DNA from: Promethearchaeia archaeon
GTDB taxonomy: Archaea > Asgardarchaeota > Lokiarchaeia > Sigyniarchaeales > SOKP01
Assembly: GCA_046497275.1 (NCBI GenBank)
Contig: JAWOFX010000084.1
Location: 30,001 to 62,000 of the forward strand
Direction: 5' to 3'
DNA length: 32,000 bases
Both the position numbers and the translations under genes were made by a program. The notes under the pieces are model-generated. The model saw nothing but the letters and a program-made list of their open reading frames with translations, did not search any database and had not been told where the DNA came from. Numbering within the stretch: the first letter of the stretch is position 1; the number at the start of each line of letters is the position of its first letter. Shown one piece after another: positions 28,473 to 32,000 of the stretch.

Positions 28473-29579
28473 TTAATTATCCTTTATTCTCACTTCATAC
28501 CCCTTAGAAGCAGATTCAATGGCAGCTAAATTATATTGTAAGATTTCTCGAGCTTGCTGGCCACTCAATATTGGATCCACATTTCCTTTTGCAGCTTCTA
28601 TAAAATGATGAGTCGCGTTAATGAAACTATATTTCCAATCTTTTTGAAAATCATTATAGGATTCGACTTTTCCATCTCTCACTATTATAATAGGAGTAAA
28701 TGCTTCGGAATTCGACATTGAATTTCCTAGTGATGTTGCTTGGTTTATTTTCATCAAACCTCTTGTTCCAATAATCTCAATAAATTCATCTGTGGAGTAA
28801 TAGTTGGACGGGATGCTCATTTCTGGTAAGTAAATAAATTCCATATTTCCATATTGTGGGACTACATGCTTCTCTTTTTGTTGATATTTAAACATAACAT
28901 ATGCTGGAACATCTAATCCTTGATATATATCATTCCATGCAAATATTTTCTCAATTTTTTCTTTAAAAAATAATTTCGCTAGCGCAAATGAATGCCAAGC
29001 ATTATCAAATAAAATTGGTGAACCTTTTTCTGTATCTCCGCCTACTTTTTGCGGATCGCTTCTCCAATCCTTTGATTTACCTTCTTGCTTCCATCCTCCC
29101 TTTCCCGCCATTACAGTTTTAATTCTTATTGAAGTAGGTTCTCCAATATAATCATCATCAATAAGTTCTTTAGCTTTTAGAATATGTTCATCAAAGTAAA
29201 AATTCTCATATATTGAGAGAACAATTCCATTCTCTTCACATATTTTAATCATTTTATCCGCTTCTTCTAAGCTCAATGCCATTGGCTTCTGAACTGAAAT
29301 AGCCTTTACACCTGAATTTATTGAATCTATACACACTTGTGAATGTAAATAATTTGGAAGAAGAATTTCAACCATATCCAAATCTTCGTTTTTTAGCATA
29401 TTTTTATAATCAGAATAAAAAGTAACTTCCTCATTTAAATTAAATTTTTTGGCTTTATTTTTTGCTTTTTCAATAGTTCTATTACATAATGCGGTAATTT
29501 TTATATCTTTGTTATCCAAATATCCAAGAATGTTAAGATCGAAAATTCTTCCAGTTCCAATAAATCCTAAATTCATCAT
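28473..29579 (-). CDS. Gfo/Idh/MocA family oxidoreductase, paralog of 27157..28425
   Basis: LGFIGTG, LLPNYLH, VQKPMA, DNAWH; shares PSNYY, EFIEI.GT.G and DWKYSFIN with its neighbour. Confidence 0.85.
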   Translation of the reverse strand: MMNLGFIGTGRIFDLNILGYLDNKDIKITALCNRTIEKAKNKAKKFNLNEEVTFYSDYKNMLKNEDLDMVEILLPNYLHSQVCIDSINSGVKAISVQKPMALSLEEADKMIKICEENGIVLSIYENFYFDEHILKAKELIDDDYIGEPTSIRIKTVMAGKGGWKQEGKSKDWRSDPQKVGGDTEKGSPILFDNAWHSFALAKLFFKEKIEKIFAWNDIYQGLDVPAYVMFKYQQKEKHVVPQYGNMEFIYLPEMSIPSNYYSTDEFIEIIGTRGLMKINQATSLGNSMSNSEAFTPIIIVRDGKVESYNDFQKDWKYSFINATHHFIEAAKGNVDPILSGQQAREILQYNLAAIESASKGYEVRIKDN

Positions 29580-29751
29580 TTCAAATATAAAAATTATTAA
29601 TTAAATATATACTACGCTATTTTTAAAACAGGTTTATATTAAATATCCTAAAATGAATTATAGTTGGTAAAAAAAAATGAATTTTTTACAATAACCTTAT
29701 GGATTGATTTCCTATGTGTGGTTTTTTTCTACATAATAAAATAATCAAATT

Positions 29752-30558
29752 TTAATCTAGAAATTCTTCCATTTCTTTAATGTAATCATCTTTTGCTTCA
29801 TAATTTACCATATGACCAATTTTAGGAGAAAATACAACTAATTTAGAATTGGGTATTTTTTTATGCATCTTTTCAGATTCACTCGGTAGTATGAAGACAT
29901 CTTTATCTCCAGTAAGAATTAACGTTGGAACATCTATTTTGGTTAGGTTATCCTCAACATTATAATTATTTACAATAGAATTCATTGTTCTAAGTCCCAC
30001 ATATTCCTTATTCTCAAGAGTTTTTTCTACAAATTCTTTAATTAATTCTTGATTTTTTCTTTGGTATTTACGATTGAAACAGAGATTTATAAATATGGTT
30101 TCAATAATCTCTTCATCTATGATCTTCATTCTTCCAGCATTTAAATCTTCAATATATTGAATCAATCCGGGATTTTGAAGCTTCTGTGCTGTTCCCATTA
30201 AAACTAATTTTTTTAATCTTTTCGAAAAAGATGGATTAGTTGCATAAAGTAATGCTATAAAACCTCCCATACTATGACCATGCAAAATTATCTCTTCATC
30301 ACCGAGGATTTTTGACAGAGTTTCTTCGAGATATTGAGTTAAATCAGTCAGTTCATAAGCTTCTGATTCTGGTTTATCGCTTTTTCCATGACCAAGATGA
30401 TCTATTGCGATAACATGGTAATTATTAGAGAAATACTTTACGAGATCTTCATAAATCCAAGAACTTCCTAAAAATCCATGAATAAATACGAGATTTTCTC
30501 CCTTTCCTTCTTCTAAATAATGAATATTATATCCTTTGTCAAGTTTTATATACGGCAT
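29752..30558 (-). CDS. Alpha/beta fold hydrolase
   Basis: HGFLG oxyanion motif, DHLGHGKS, GHSMGG nucleophile elbow, TGDKD, GHM. Confidence 0.88.
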   Translation of the reverse strand: MPYIKLDKGYNIHYLEEGKGENLVFIHGFLGSSWIYEDLVKYFSNNYHVIAIDHLGHGKSDKPESEAYELTDLTQYLEETLSKILGDEEIILHGHSMGGFIALLYATNPSFSKRLKKLVLMGTAQKLQNPGLIQYIEDLNAGRMKIIDEEIIETIFINLCFNRKYQRKNQELIKEFVEKTLENKEYVGLRTMNSIVNNYNVEDNLTKIDVPTLILTGDKDVFILPSESEKMHKKIPNSKLVVFSPKIGHMVNYEAKDDYIKEMEEFLD

Positions 30559-30693
30559 TTAGATTCACAAGTTTTTGAAATAATTTTTAATTGAGTTAGA
30601 ATTTAGTTTAAAATCTATATAAATATTAAGATATTTTTGTTAAATTATAATTCTATAGCAAATTTCATTAATCAAATAAATTTATAGAACGTG

Positions 30694-32000
30694 ATGTCAT
30701 TAAATAGAGATGAATTAGATCAAAGGAAAGCATATGAACGAGCTTTATATCATGCGTGCGGATATTCCTATGAAGATTTAAAAAAACCAAAAATTGCGAT
30801 TGTGAATTCTTGGAATGATATAAATCCGGGGCATATCCATCTCAGAAAACTCAGTAAATTAGTAAGAAAGGGGATAAATGAAGCTGGAGGGACTCCTATG
30901 GAGTTTAATACTATTGCTATTTGCGATGGGATTGCCAATTCAGAAGACTTCTCGAAATATGTCCTTCCCACACGTGAAATCATTGCGAATTCAATAGAAT
31001 CTGTTGTGAAAGCTTACTGTTTTGATGGAATGGTTATGCTCTGTTCTTGTGACAAAATTATTCCTGGTATGTTACTCGCAGCGGCAAGATGTGATATTCC
31101 AACTGTTTTTCTTACTGGAGGTATTATGGATCCAAAAACATTTGATGAGGGTCTTTTAAAGGGCAAGACCTTCGTTACTTGTGATATAAAAGAAGCTATA
31201 GGTCAGTATAATCGGGGAAAATTATCCAAAAAAGAATTTTTTCTAATCGAATCTCAAACTTGTAATGTTGGAGCATGTAATATGATGGGAACCGCAAATA
31301 CTATGGCATGTATCGTAGAAGCCATGGGTTTATCTCTTCCAAATTGTGCTACAGCTAGCTCGCATGGATTAGAAAGAGATAATATAAGTGTGGAGACTGG
31401 AAAAATAATAATTGAATTGGTAAAGCAAAATCTCACAGCCTTAGATTTTATCACATATGAATCAATTGAAAATGCTATTAAGGTAGCATTAGCTTTTGGA
31501 GGATCTACTAATATGGTTTTGCACATGTGTGCCCTATCTTATGAAATAGGACAAGAACTGGATCATTTTGATTTTGAAACATTTAGTAAAAAGATTCCCC
31601 TATTGGCAAAATTTAAGCCTGCTTCGGAGATCAATCTAACTGAATTTCATAAAGTTGGAGGTGTAAAAGTATTGATGAAAAAGCTTAGCTCATTATTGAA
31701 TTTGGAGACAGAAATGGTAATTGGAAAATCATTAAAAGACTATCTCCAAGAAATTGATTATGAGGACCATGAAATTATAAGAGAATTAAATAATCCCATA
31801 GAATCACAAGGAGGGATTGCAGTTCTAAAAGGTAATTTAGCCCCAGAAGGAGCAATAGTCAAACAAAGTGCCATTAGTAAAAAGATGAGACATCATAAAG
31901 GTCCAGCAAAAGTATTTGAATCAGAAGAAGAAGTGAAAGATGCATTAATGAATAATAAAGTAAAAGAAGGAGATGTTTTAGTTATTAGATATGAAGGACC
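30694..32000 (+). CDS. ilvD: Dihydroxy-acid dehydratase (IlvD/Edd family), truncated by the window end; not in the ORF track
   Basis: Manual translation from ATG 30694: KPKIAIVNSWNDINPGHIHL, TIAICDGIA, CSCDKIIPG, CNMMGTANTM, GGSTN, LKGNLAPEGA, ending VIRYEG. Confidence 0.9.
   Translation, partial: MSLNRDELDQRKAYERALYHACGYSYEDLKKPKIAIVNSWNDINPGHIHLRKLSKLVRKGINEAGGTPMEFNTIAICDGIANSEDFSKYVLPTREIIANSIESVVKAYCFDGMVMLCSCDKIIPGMLLAAARCDIPTVFLTGGIMDPKTFDEGLLKGKTFVTCDIKEAIGQYNRGKLSKKEFFLIESQTCNVGACNMMGTANTMACIVEAMGLSLPNCATASSHGLERDNISVETGKIIIELVKQNLTALDFITYESIENAIKVALAFGGSTNMVLHMCALSYEIGQELDHFDFETFSKKIPLLAKFKPASEINLTEFHKVGGVKVLMKKLSSLLNLETEMVIGKSLKDYLQEIDYEDHEIIRELNNPIESQGGIAVLKGNLAPEGAIVKQSAISKKMRHHKGPAKVFESEEEVKDALMNNKVKEGDVLVIRYEG

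Noticed and set aside
4056-31526. Short overlapping or antisense ORFs in the track (e.g. 4056..4478, 8787..8969, 8794..8982, 9191..9466, 12907..13197, 14070-15201 set, 15383..15622, 16364..16651, 17276..17476, 19302..19568, 20147..20485, 21265..21489, 21803..22051, 23687..23972 set, 24304..24611 set, 26749..27087, 30768..30983, 31254..31526)
   Set aside because: They are shadow frames of well-supported genes and show no motifs of their own.

Overview
AT-rich archaeal window; the gene set and style (tandem LRR gene, class II HMG-CoA reductase, MvaD-type decarboxylase, very low GC) suggest an Asgard/Lokiarchaeia-like genome, which is inference only. About 21 kb (5756-26990) is an isoprenoid and ether-lipid gene cluster: DGGGP synthase, GGGP synthase, geranylgeranyl reductase, a prenol/dolichol-type kinase, MvaD, class II HMGR, CrtI, CrtB, CrtZ, an extended HMG-CoA synthase and type 2 IDI. 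Two accessory blocks interrupt it: a 1751-aa retropepsin + wHTH + repeat + HNH protein with a CPBP pseudogene, and an LRR gene with an internal stop plus a decayed gene. The main observation is that the DGGGP synthase gene, which appears as two ORFs, is one gene interrupted by a 30-nt insert (6426-6455, minus strand). The insert folds into a canonical bulge-helix-bulge (BHB) splice motif, and removing it at the canonical cut sites restores the frame and the conserved UbiA motif exactly. This is a candidate tRNA-type intron in the mRNA of a core membrane-lipid gene. Flanking genes are an AIR-synthase-like protein, LarE, membrane proteins, two convergent Gfo/Idh/MocA paralogs, an alpha/beta hydrolase and a 3'-truncated ilvD. 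No rRNA, tRNA or CRISPR array was recognised.
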